64,000 bases of DNA. Source: Octopus bimaculoides (lineage: Eukaryota). The notes under the pieces are model-generated. The model did no database searches, was not told the origin of the DNA, and was given only the letters and a program-made list of their open reading frames with translations. Position 1 is the stretch's first letter. Every line of letters starts with the position of its first letter. The stretch covers positions 32,075,327 to 32,139,326 of the forward strand of contig NC_068984.1 of NCBI RefSeq assembly GCF_001194135.2, in the 5' to 3' direction. Both the position numbers and the translations under genes were made by a program. This document shows, one piece after another, positions 27,501 through 38,680 of the stretch.

Positions 27501-29695
27501 AGCTTCTTCCATTGAACTACACCTTACAATTGATGTAATTTTATTCATTTAGTTGGTTGGTTATTGTCAGAGACAAGTATAAGAAACAAAATTAACGCTT
27601 ATAAATGTGTTCAAAAGTTAATGGACGTTAGTTGGGTCATAAAGCAGGTTTGTTTCGCAATAGCTCATACATGTAATTTCTATTTTCTGCGTTTTCATTG
27701 GGATATTTCAATATTTAATTTTGCACCAATCACTTCAAAATGATGCGGGAAGCTTTTTCTAAAACAATTCTAGTTCATAATTTTTAAACGTCGCCCCTTC
27801 CCTTCTCTCCACTTCACCTCTTACCTTCATTACCAATAACATTTAAAAAATAAACAATTCCCCCTTCTATAACATATATAATACAAATTTTTTGAAGAAA
27901 AAAAATAATTAGATCTATATATTTTAAACTTTGCTTCCAATCCCAACCCAATACGGCAACCACCACCAAAATGATATTCTTTTCACTGGCTTTAGTTATT
28001 TTATTTTAGTCATTCTGAAACATTTGGAATATGCATTTAAAATAAAATAAAATTCTTAACCGCCACTCACCCAACCACCTATCTTTCATCGTATCCTTCA
28101 CAATTAAAAAAAATTAAATGCTAGTTGACGTGTGAAAACAAAATTAGAATTTTGAAAGAAGTATCCATAAAACAATAATTTCAGTTATTTAAAATGTAGA
28201 GAAGAATATTTTTAAATTGAGAAGAAGTATAATGGAGTCAAACTTATTTCATCTGTTCCCTCTGGCTATCATATCAACAGTTTGTTGTAGTAGCACCCTG
28301 TCTTAAATTAAATCTTTTTTGTACATCTGTTTATTTTTGTCGTAAAATTTAATTTGATAGGAATTATGTCAATGTAAATAAGGTAAGTGTCAGTATAGTC
28401 TTGTTTTTCTTTTAATTTAGTTTTAGTGTCTCAAAGAAGGAAGATTTTACAATATAGAAAAAATATAAAAGAAAAATAACGAAAATAAAACAAAAAGAAA
28501 ACGTTTGAATTGTGGAAGGATGATGGGGGGGGGGAGTTAGGCATTTTTGCTTTGTTTTAAATGTGAATTCCAAATGTTTCGAAATGTGAAATATAATAAA
28601 GCGACAAAAACTAAGATAGTTCTATAATACGAAATATTTATTTACTGTCTCAATAATTATTAGTTTTTTTTTTTCTCTTTGTCTGTCTGTGTGAATAATA
28701 TCTTTGTAATGTAAAGCGCAAATTAGATGTGTGAATATCCAATGTATACTAGTTTACAAAATCTAGTAACTGCTGCAGTCTTAGACTGGTGATTCCAGAA
28801 TGCTGGCGTGAATACAAGGGTCACAAAATGTAAACGGGTTTGTCATGTTTTGCCACCAACTTGCATATACAAGTGCTCTCAGTCGAAAGTTCCGCATACC
28901 GGAAGACAGATGCCCAGTAACTTTACATAACTACAATGCTAGTCTCACAGAGTTGCTTCCAAATCGCTTAGAAACTATACATACTCACAGTATCACATTC
29001 ACTTGGCTATTTAGTTGGTTCACGGACTCTCAGCAAGCACTACTATATCGCCAACAGTATAAGACATATTCTACTGTGGAAAGAGGATATCATTGGAAAT
29101 CTTTAGAAAGTAACCCACGTAAAGTCGAATGAATCAATTGAAGTTGAGGTTTATTTTTTCCATTAATTTCTTTAAAAAAAATAGTAATGTCGAAAAAGAT
29201 GTAAATCGAAACGACGTTGGGTGAGGTATGCCTGTACATACAATTGGTCAAAATTATCGACTTAAGGTCCGTGTAAGTGTTACATCATTTACGCAAGACC
29301 GCTTATTGATGCGCGTACGCACATACACACACCTTGTATAGAACAGTATCTCAAATCATCGCTCTTATAAAATGGTCCACCGATCATAGGTTCTACGCCA
29401 GTGACATCGTTGTCATTAAAAAAATCGTTACAATATAGAAAGTTATAATATCACAATTCTTGAAGATAACCGAATTATATTATAGTTTGCAGAAAACCAT
29501 CGACGGATATGAAGCTACAGAAAGGAACAATAGAGCTTTATCTTCTTTCACAGTCAACAACGGACAGATTACTCGAACTATTATATTTCCACACGCTGTA
29601 ACAAGCGAATAACCAGTAGACAATGCTATGTTCATTGCTTTTCTTTGTTAACAACCTAAAGGACTTTAGTGGAAGTGGGTTATTTCAGCTTAGCG

Positions 29696-29728
29696 GGCTG
29701 CGTGTTCGAATCACGTCGGGGGTCACCA
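29696..29728 (+). other. 3' ~32 nt of mature tRNA-Trp including CCA, embedded in the LTR (not a tRNA gene)
   Basis: GGCTGCGTGTTCGAATCACGTCGGGGGTCACCA equals the metazoan tRNA-Trp(CCA) 3' end plus one extra G; D-arm and anticodon absent. Confidence 0.85.
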
Positions 29729-31244
29729 GTATAGTTATGTAGGTGTGAGCGAGCTGTCGAGCGTAAGTCCGAAAGATGTAGAGAGACAGCTTAACACGTA
29801 AAGAGGCTGTCTCCAGAGTTCGAATGTTAGAGACACTCTTGACACGTCCATTGCTCTATGCTGGCCAGCAAGAAAGAGAATGAATTGAGCGGGAACGCTT
29901 GGTTGTTTAATTCTACGCATGCGTGAGACTACGCATGCGCACGGCGTTACTACAGGGCTCCCTTGCCAGTGCGGAAACGCACGATAAATGAAATCTGTTA
30001 GAACGCCTGAGGCAGGATGGCCACTGAAAAACCACCCACAAGATGTGGTACAAACACACACAAAGAAAAATGAAAGAAATGAATGTGCACTCGTGAGAAC
30101 ATGCATGCAATGTACAAATGAAATGACAATGACAAAACAACCGTGATGACAACTGTCCAGGAAACTGGAATCACGCGATGTAAAAGTCTGAGTGTTTGCT
30201 TTCCCTGAAAGGAAAGAAAATTTATGAGTGCACAAGTGTGTGTATGAGAAAAAACACAGAACAAGTGAAAGTGTCTGTAGTATAGACTGCGAAAAGTCCC
30301 AAAACACCGAGATAGAGTACATTGATGAAGACGTCGGCGCAGGAACTGCTATAGCTGTGTTCTGTATATGTGGTGGTAATGATATTGACAGTGGTAATGA
30401 TGTGTTGAAACTTGGCGACGTCGGGGGGAATGCTTGTAGTTGGTAGTAGTAATTGTTGTCGTCACGGTGGTAATCTTGGTTGGCGCACGACGCTGGTGGC
30501 GAAAAGGCTGTTTGGTGATGAGTGTTTGAAGAGGTACGCTTTTACAGAACGATCGACAGACATCTCTGTACGACCATTAGCGAAAACCTCGAAGAAAAAT
30601 TTTCTTAACCCAAGATGAAAATACGACCGTGCGAACTCAAAAAGGAGAAATGGTGACGAATGGGAATACAGAGGACTCCTTTTATTTAAACGTGTCACAC
30701 GGTCGAAACCAAAATATATATCAAAGATGATATACAAGTAATTACGTTATACTACGAACATTAGTGAATTCGTAAATACCAGTAATGAGACGATAGAAAA
30801 AAAACAACCGTATGAAATGAATAACAAGAGTTATTGTGTGGCATAAAAGATGTATGTGTATGTGAGAGTGTGAAATGCGACATATAAAAACATAATAAAA
30901 AGCAGGCCGTAATTCCTGTCTGTTTTTCGTAAGTGGAAAAATCCACTAACAGAAGCGAGAATAAAAACCGCTCTTGTTGAGTCGTGTTGACTATGGTTGG
31001 AGATGCTGGTAATAATCGTGTTGGTCATGACGATGTTGATGGTTAGTAGTCGTAGACTCGTGTTGCTGATGTGGCGACGGCGGTGATCAGCGTTGGCTGG
31101 ACGAAGCTGTTGAAGTGGTCACTGGCTGATTGTTGCTGCTGCTGTCGTGTGGTACACGGAACAGTCTCTATGGCTGTATTTGTTCTTTAGTCGGGTTCAC
31201 CAGTTATAAGTTGGTAGTCCAGAATTCATGCTGCGTTTTTTCTT

Positions 31245-31259
31245 CGTCGGGGGTCACCA
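31245..31259 (-). promoter_or_regulatory. tRNA-Trp primer-binding site TGGTGACCCCCGACG
   Basis: Matches the tRNA-Trp PBS used by avian sarcoma-leukosis virus (TGGTGACCCCGACGTGAT) with one extra C; lies 1 nt after the LTR end. Confidence 0.75.
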
Positions 31260-31291
31260 CTTTAGTGGAAGTGGGTTATTTCAGCTTAGCG

Positions 31292-31323
31292 GACTGCGTG
31301 TTCGAATCACGTTGGGGTCACCA
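31292..31323 (+). other. Second embedded tRNA-Trp 3' fragment with CCA
   Basis: GACTGCGTGTTCGAATCACGTTGGGGTCACCA, two substitutions versus tRNA-Trp; same 31-nt flank as the 29696 copy. Confidence 0.85.
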
Positions 31324-32704
31324 CTTTAGGAGAGTGGGTTATATATCTTTAGATATACACCTAACTTCCCTACATTACATTGGAAGAGAACTGAACGCAG
31401 AAACTCCAAACTGATCAACAACAACAAATATTTATTGTTCGGTGGAAAATAAAACGGCTTCTAATTGTCCGGTTTTAGAGTAGCCTGAAATGTAGATGTA
31501 CGGTTCTTCGAGCTGGTGTCGTTATAGAGACAACTTGGTTCAACCACACTCAAATGGGAGAGCTTGCTTGGTCGCTGTCTGGCTTGGTAAGAGACAGTCT
31601 AATAGCGGGAACGCTTCGATGTTGAAACCCACGCATGCGTGGTTAAGGATTCAGCAATGGCGTCGGCCTTTTGGCGCCAATGTGACGTCACTACAGGACC
31701 ATTCGACACAGGTGCCTCTCTTTAAACAATAGAATGTTTCATTTTTTTTTACAACAGATACAGAGAACAGATTTCACCTCTGCTAAATTTCATCTGAGAG
31801 AATATTTATTGCTTAAGATTATAGCAAACTCGTATGCAGATAATGCAATCTCAAATTGCTCATACTGTGTCCAGTGGACGTACTAACAAACATTTCATTT
31901 ACATCAGGTACCCATATATGCAGCTCTCAGTTACGTCGTGCATAGAGATCTCGTTTATTTCTGTAGTTTATTGGAGTAATCATTCGATTTTTCTCTATTC
32001 TTGGTACTTATCGATTAATATTTCTTTCGATATCAACAATTTGTGGGATGGGTAATATATCAGAAAATCTTTTCCTTTTTATTTTGTGACTTTTCTGGGA
32101 TTCAACGGGAATCCTCGATTTGATATTAGGATTGTCGACAAATAAAATTGAATATTAACGGATATAAAGCTATAAAAGAAGTAACTTGGACGCTGTTTTC
32201 ACTGGAAATCTAATCTTCGGTTCAACTACATCTCACAATTTATGTCATAATTTCTGTTGCCAGAGAGAACAAAGTAAACAAAACCAATGACACATTTATT
32301 ATAAATAACTAACAGCATGTTCGTTGGATTACGTTCGGAATAAATAACATTGTTTCTGCGAAATAAGATATATATTCCTTTATAAAAAGAAAGAAAATGC
32401 GAGGAAAATCATTTTGACATTGTATGTAATTATAGGCAAAATTATATGCACACGTAGCAGTAGCAGTTCGTGTTTAGGCACTGCAGAACTGCAGCACCCC
32501 CTATTTCCACTCAATATTATCAATAACATTTAATATAATGAGTCCATTTTTCTTTTATACTTGTACATTATATAATCCTTAAGCTTATTGTCAGTAGCCA
32601 TCCTCTAGTTTATGAAAAAAAATTACAAAAATCCATGTATAGAAAAAAATATACAAAAATCCAGTTCCAGCGACGCAGTGTTTGGCTGTTGTGCGCATGC
32701 TAAC

Positions 32705-32786
32705 ATGTCCGAGATAGAAAGCTACTCACTAGGGATGAGGGAGCACTGTTGTCCACGCAGTGCCGACCCTGGGGTGCTGGTGAAAG
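32705..32786 (+). CDS. Candidate first coding exon MSEIESYSLGMREHCCPRSADPGVLVK(G), product unknown
   Basis: GC/CpG-rich island in AT-rich DNA; NRF1-like GTGCGCATGC at 32691-32700; aacATGT context; AAG|gtagtt donor (weak). Confidence 0.3.
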
Positions 32787-33139
32787 GTAGTTTCTTTATA
32801 ACTCCGCGTGTGATGTGCTCAAAAACGTGTTTATATTCTTGACTGTAATAAAGTATAGAATTAGATCATTATCCTGCTTCCAGCTACCGAGTTGCTGTCA
32901 GGATTTGAAAAACAGGGCAGATTTTTCCCCTTATTTTGTGATTTAGGGGAGTTTTGAAAAAACACGGGGGAATTCGCGATGGTGTTCAGTGAACAAATTA
33001 AACACACTACCCGGCAGTGGCTAAAACGCGAACCGATCAAGTTTGTGTATAAATGTTCTTTTTATATATTTGTTTTCTTTTACACAATATTAAAACAACG
33101 GGTAAAAATTTTCTGAAGCAGCACTCCTACTAATTTTAT

Positions 33140-34700
33140 CTAAGAACCGCCATTGTCTAGTAGAAAGGCTGTCCCGGCGGTTTTTTGCTAGTCACTTAAT
33201 TTACAATTAGATTATTTTTACGATATATTATGTAAAATTTTCCTTTGTACTCTTTATTCATCTAGCAGTAACCATTCATTCAGTAAATAATTTGGAAAGA
33301 TTCTAAGTCCTCAAAGAAAAATCAGATATTATGCTGACTTAACTTCGCCGGTTTATCATATGCATACACGTTGGGTTGAACACGTGATTATATAACTTCT
33401 TTCCTTTCCATAACTCTTCCTTCGTCACACACACAAACACACATGTTTAAGTATTAATAACCTATCCAGAAATACAGGAAGGTCTCAGCAAAGGGATTAT
33501 AGCGTTGTTATGATGAAAGATTTGTTGTCAGTTTATATACATCATTTATTGCTACGTTCATACAAAGGCGTTCATGTGTTCATGCAATACAAGAGGAGTT
33601 AATTGTATATGAACGGCATATATTGCAGGTGCCAATCTTCATCAGAGATTCAATATTTAGGCCTGTGACTGTTAGATGTCGATATCACTTGTACTTGAGT
33701 TGATTATCTAACTGCTGATAGTTATTTCTAGCATCGGAAGTCAACAGTTGTACATAGAAGACAACGACGACGAAATCTGTTGAGGTTGTAGCGAGACTAA
33801 TTTCATAATTGTATGTTTTAAACTTAAGTAATCCCAAAAAAGATCCCTCGCGTAAGTTTCTAACAATTCGACATGCGATTGGTCATGTGACGTTAAAATA
33901 CTTGGTTGAGTCGGGCATTTAGATTAGTCTAGTTCTACGGGGGATACGGAGTTCGTATCCAATCACGTTTCGCAATAGACCAACAAAATCGGCAAATTAA
34001 AAATGCTAGCCTGAGTCCCATTTTGTCAATAAAAAAGCATGATTTTTTTTTTCATTTTAATTCAGAGGGGAGAATTTGTTTATAGGAAACTGTCACATTA
34101 TGTTTATTCCTGTTGGAGCACATGTAACCAATTTCGACTGATTGGAAAAGCCAACTATGTATTAGTCTGGTTCGCTGTATAATTTTATTTGGCGGAAGAA
34201 TAAAGTATCGCTGTTAACTGAAAGCTCGTTTCTTGTATTATTTCCACCGTTTTACATGCAACTCGCGAGAAGTAAGAATTTCTATCAAGAGGGCCAGAGA
34301 CAGACTTCCAGCTACAAGAATTTTACGAACAAACTTTTTGAGGGAGTTTGGATGTTATCGTTCATGGTGTAATTGAAATAGTATCCTAAAAGTTAACTGC
34401 TAGTCGTTGTGTTGCTGTGTATCGTTCGTCATGATAACATTAGCTAGTTTCAGCTGCTGCCCGTGTGTTCACCATTCGTCTGCCTTGTCGTCTATGCTCT
34501 CTCTGTTACATAGCAAAGCTTTCAGCGTGGCAGTCGTGAGTGTGTGTCATTTTATACCGATTGAGAGGCTCAGAAGGAAGGCGCCAAAAGTTAAAATGGT
34601 CTTGAACCTATTCTACATGAAATCGTGATTGGCCAGATTTTGTTGTTCACGTGGGTAATATTCTTTCTAAGCGAAGTCGCAATTAGTCAGATTCGCTGAT
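33140..34700. promoter_or_regulatory. CpG-rich promoter-like region
   Basis: CCGCCAT (YY1-like) ~33148, several CCAAT/ATTGG boxes (~33878, ~33959, ~34628), ACTCGCGAGA (BANP-type palindrome) at 34261-34270. Confidence 0.4.
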
Positions 34701-34924
34701 CATGTGAGCAACATTCTAATTAATCGTGACATCGGGTGATTGCTGAATATTCCGCTACAGCCTGGTTTTTCACTTTGATATATATTCATGGTGTCATGGT
34801 ATGAGTTTTTATTTATCGCACCGGGTTGAGTATCGAGGTGTGAGAACAGTTATTAGGGCTAGTCACCTGAGGTTGAGTATGCAGATATAGAAACAGCGGA
34901 TCTAGTTCAAAACGGGGGCACCAG

Positions 34925-35615
34925 TTTTCATTTATGTTTTATGTAGTGTTTTTGGTACCGAAAGACTTTCAAACTTCGTATATTTATCTATTTTGTGTTA
35001 TAGAATAGAAAACATTTTTGTATTCGAAGTTATTTCATGTAAAAAAATTGTCTTATTTCGATAATTTCAACCAATCACTGACAGGTATTCAGCTGTTTAC
35101 AGCTACTCCTTTGGCACTGTAAGCGGTTCTTTTGGCAGTTTAAGCGGTGTAAAGCGTATTTAATCTCCATTACTTCTGACATTTTGCAGAGAGGCAACAC
35201 ACGTGTGTTCGTTTTCCTTAGTTTTATTTTTAATATAATTTCGTTAACATCTGCCTGAACTGTATGTGTACAACATTTGCCCTAACCCTAACCTTTCCCT
35301 CAAAAACCAGGCCTTGTGCCTATAATAGAAAGGTTTATGAGCTACTGCCAATATGCTTCAGCCATTTTTTGACAAGGAAATAATAATTTTATCACCGCCA
35401 GAATCGTTTGAGAATCGTTTGTTTACGTAGTCAGCACTTACTGTATTCGGCTGAATGGACGTCAATCATTGGTTGAAATTACAGAAATACGACAACTTTA
35501 ACATGAAATAAGTTGCAATATAATAATTTTTCTTAAGAAGACTAAGAGAAAAAGATGTTTTATATGACACATTCTACCAGTGTCCCAAGTTTCAAAGTGT
35601 TTCGTTAAGAAAATA
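34925..35615. mobile_element. Non-autonomous DNA element (MITE or Helentron-like) with imperfect subterminal inverted repeats
   Basis: gttatttcatgtaaaaaaattgtc..tttcaaccaatcactgac (~35023-35082) is inverted relative to gtcaatcattggttgaaatt..aacatgaaataag (~35460-35512); cctaaccctaac at 35281. Confidence 0.5.
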
Positions 35616-36529
35616 CCGGCGTCCGCGATTTGTACTAGATCCGAAACAGCTATTAGTGAGAGGAATTCAACAACGACCGAATTCACTGCTTTCTCATACT
35701 GTATTTGAAATCTTCTGCTCACAGAAAATTCTAATGATAGTCGCCAGACCATCACGTGCACTAAAAGCGATGATTGATTGAAATAGGGTTTGCATGCATG
35801 ATAAACGCAGGGTTTACATGTTGGAAGTGGGGTCGAAATCAACTGATATTAAATTAACTATGGGAAATATATAGCAGATTTAATGTTATAGTCATTATAA
35901 GGGTGTAGCATGGACTCAAACTAGCATTGCTATATTACGAATATCAAGTCAAGCCTTAACAACGGCTTGATCATGTGTGCAACCAAATTACTGTCCAATC
36001 GGTGGCTGGTGTTCATGTGATAACCTCCCCAGATCGTTCTCGAAGCTTCTACAAACATCTATAGATATAAAATAAAGGATGTGTGTCTGTGTATGTTGTA
36101 CGTATGCATTTCAACTGATTTTTACCAAGCTTTACACTCACATTACTTATGTACCAATGATGGTCATGCATTACAACATTTTGCCCAGAGCTCCAGCGTA
36201 AAGCACGAAACCAGGTAAAACGTTGTTTTACACGGGTTTTTCTCTAAAAATTGCTGCAGTTTTCGACCCATTCTCTTCCTTTTCTCTCTCTCTCTCTCTC
36301 TACTTAGTTATCTTTTCTCTCTCTTTTCTTATTCTGTTTTTCTTGCTTACACATATCTCTTACCTTCTGTAATAGTTCTTTTTTTAGTCTATGCCTGTTT
36401 CTTTCACTCTCTCCTTCTCTTTAACTCATTCACACACTAACTTCAGTCTGCAAATTGACTTCCGTGTATTTCAATTAGTCGTGCGTTTGTCTGTCCCCTC
36501 TATGTTTAGCCCCTTCTGGGCAATAAAGA

Positions 36530-36920
36530 AATAAGAAGCTTGCTTCTCAAGCACATGTTTCTGGGTTCAGTCCCACTGCGTAGCACTTTGGGCAAGTGTC
36601 TTCTACTATAACCCCGGGCCTACCAAAGCCTTGTGAGTGGATTTGGTAGATGGAAGCTGAAAGAAGCCCGTCGTATATATATATATATATATATACTTGT
36701 GTGTTTGAGTCTGTACTTGTCCCCTTCCCCACCATCGCTTGACAACCAATGTTGGTGTGTTATGTCCCCCGTAACATAACGGTTCGGCAAAAAAAGATCT
36801 AATAGAATGTGTACTAGGCTTACAAAGAATAAATCCTGGGGTCGATTTGTTCGACTAAGACCCCTTGAGGTAGTGCTCCAGTATGGCCGCAGTCAAATGA
36901 CTAAAGCAAATAAAAGAATA
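36530..36920 (+). mobile_element. Family 2 (CORE-type) SINE, near complete with central TA/GT tract
   Basis: gggttcagtcccactgcgtagcactttgggcaagtgtcttctactat..tgacaaccaatgttggtgtg..gtgctccagtatggccgcagtcaaatgactaaagcaaataaaaga. Confidence 0.9.
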
Positions 36921-37016
36921 AAAAAATATGTAAAACACTTGCATTTACTAGAATCGAAAGTATCACCTTCATTAGATAATTTAATCATTGTGAATTTAGT
37001 TATAACCTTCAAAAGA

Positions 37017-37090
37017 CATACGTACAACTTGAAATGATTTTCTTCACCTTTCACATACGTACAACTTGAAATGATTTTCTTCACCTTTCA
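37017..37090. repeat. Perfect 37-bp tandem duplication
   Basis: catacgtacaacttgaaatgattttcttcacctttca occurs twice in tandem. Confidence 0.95.
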
Positions 37091-37509
37091 GAACGTTTTT
37101 CAAAGAAGGAACTTTGCGTAAAATGTTATGTAATCCAATGATTCATAAGGGAAAACTGCAATTTAACATCCAGCGTGTGAACCACTGAGTTTTCTCTTCA
37201 CAAAAATAGTTGAAACTAATGAAAGGTCTATTTGCTGTCTAATATAACAGCAAATATATCTTTCACATAAGATTTGATAATACTCCTCTGAAACGAATAA
37301 ATTCGAGATTCTTATCATTACAGGATATGAAAATCACCATAGTTCATCAAAAATTAAACAAAATAGGTGTTTACTTAACATTATCAGCTTCAAATATCTT
37401 GTTGACATTTACTCAAAATTCCTTCGTACTTATTTTCTCCGAGGCAATAAAATTTTTATAACTGCTTATTTTGTTTTGTAATTTTCTTAAAAGTGTAAAT
37501 ACATATTCG

Positions 37510-37905
37510 TTTCTACTCAAGGCACAAGGCCCGAAATGTTTGGAGAGGGGCCAGTCGAGTAGATCGACTCTAGTACGCAACTGGTACTTAATTTATCGAC
37601 CTCGACGGTATTTGAACTCAGAGCGTAGCGGCAGACGAAATACCGATCAGCGTTTCACCTGACGTGCTAACGTTTCTTATTTCTTTATTACCCACAAGGG
37701 GCTAAACACAGAGGGGACAAACAAGGACAGACAAAGGGATTAAGTCGATTACATCGACCCCAGTGCGTAACTAGTACTTAATTTATCGACTCCGAAAGGT
37801 AAAGTCGACCTCAGCGGAATTTGAACTTAGAACGTAACGGCAGACGAAATAAGGATAAGCATTTCGTCCGGCGTGCTAACGTTTCTGCCAGCTCACCATC
37901 TTAAT
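37510..37905 (-). mobile_element. Two tandem family 1 SINE copies
   Basis: actggtacttaatttatcgac..gaactcagagcgtagcggcagacgaaatacc repeated. Confidence 0.85.
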
Positions 37906-38249
37906 CTTGTTGAATAAATAATATTATATATAATGGCGTATCTAGTGTACCTCCTAGAGAAGCTATATAGTTTGTAGTGACTTCATTTAGGCATAGAGTA
38001 GATTCGAACTCAAATCTGCCAATTTTCATTGACTTTTTCCCACAGAAAAACGGTGGCTGGCAACGGTTACATTTAGCATATAACTTTGCCAAATCGATTG
38101 ATGTCTTTGCCACTTGACCCTTCTAACCTCTTGTATGCGGTAGAGAGTTAGAATTGAGATAACAGTCGACCCCCAACGAAATCTATTTGTTCTCTGCAAT
38201 ATACCTTTTTTTCTAGCTAGTTTTGTATAGTAATAAATGCAAGAACTCC

Positions 38250-38680
38250 GTAAGCTAAAGCCAGTTAGTGAGAACCGAGTCTGGCTAACCAGCTAAATGA
38301 AATGCCATCTCTGAAGGAAAAGGTATAGTGACACAACTATGGTAACTCCCAAACGAAGCAGCTGCTTCGTCCCACCACCCTCACTTTCTTTTCTCTACAA
38401 CGTTACCCTATCCCTATCTGTGGTTTACTACTGCACAATGACGAGAACACAAACACACCTATACCAGGAAAATCTACAATATCTCTCTTTACCTGGCATG
38501 CTTTACGAATTATACATACCAACCCGTTGTGGTTTGGCTATAACAATATGTAAGGGTAAGTAAATGTTTGTTTACAACTTCGATCACTGTTCTTCTTTCA
38601 TCTTGCACATCTGCAACATCAACACCCGTTACAATTGGTAGCTGCCGACTCCAACATATAACATTACATTTCCCATTACA
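38250..38680 (+). mobile_element. Solo-LTR-like remnant of the same family as 26783-27192
   Basis: Colinear similarity with the 27-kb copy, ending cattaca without a PBS. Confidence 0.55.

Larger units (their letters stand above)
29665..31695 (-). mobile_element. Non-autonomous LTR-type retroelement (~2.03 kb): 5' LTR 31261-31695, PBS 31245-31259, non-coding internal region, PPT-like 29955-29968, 3' LTR 29665-29954
   Basis: Both LTRs begin TGTAGT(G/A)ACG and end CACTAAA (imperfect inverse of TGTAGTG); one nt then TGGTGACCCCCGACG; GGCAAGGGAG upstream of the 3' LTR; GGAC on both flanks (29661-29664, 31696-31699); LTR middles only patchily similar. Confidence 0.6.

Noticed and set aside
29696-29728. 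tRNA-Trp gene
   Set aside because: Only the 3' ~32 nt are present (no 5' acceptor strand, D-arm or anticodon) and CCA is encoded, so this is an RNA-derived fragment, not a gene; same for 31292-31323
29735-30322. 195-aa ORF as gag or a host gene
   Set aside because: No recognisable gag/pol motifs; F/S/C-rich composition typical of the antisense of A-rich non-coding DNA; it runs through the LTR
31190-31345. CRISPR-like repeat-spacer array
   Set aside because: Eukaryotic context, only 2-3 unequal units, the repeats are tRNA complements, and there are no cas genes
35281-35292. Telomeric repeat
   Set aside because: Only two CCTAAC units inside an interspersed element
35617-35730. Minus-strand exon (EFSVSRRFQIQYEKAVNSVVVEFLSLIAVSDLVQIADA)
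   Set aside because: The putative donor coincides with the boundary of the MITE-like repeat and no family is recognisable
38636-38642. tRNA-iMet PBS (TGGTAGC)
   Set aside because: Only 7 nt match, and alignment to the 27-kb copy places it inside the LTR body
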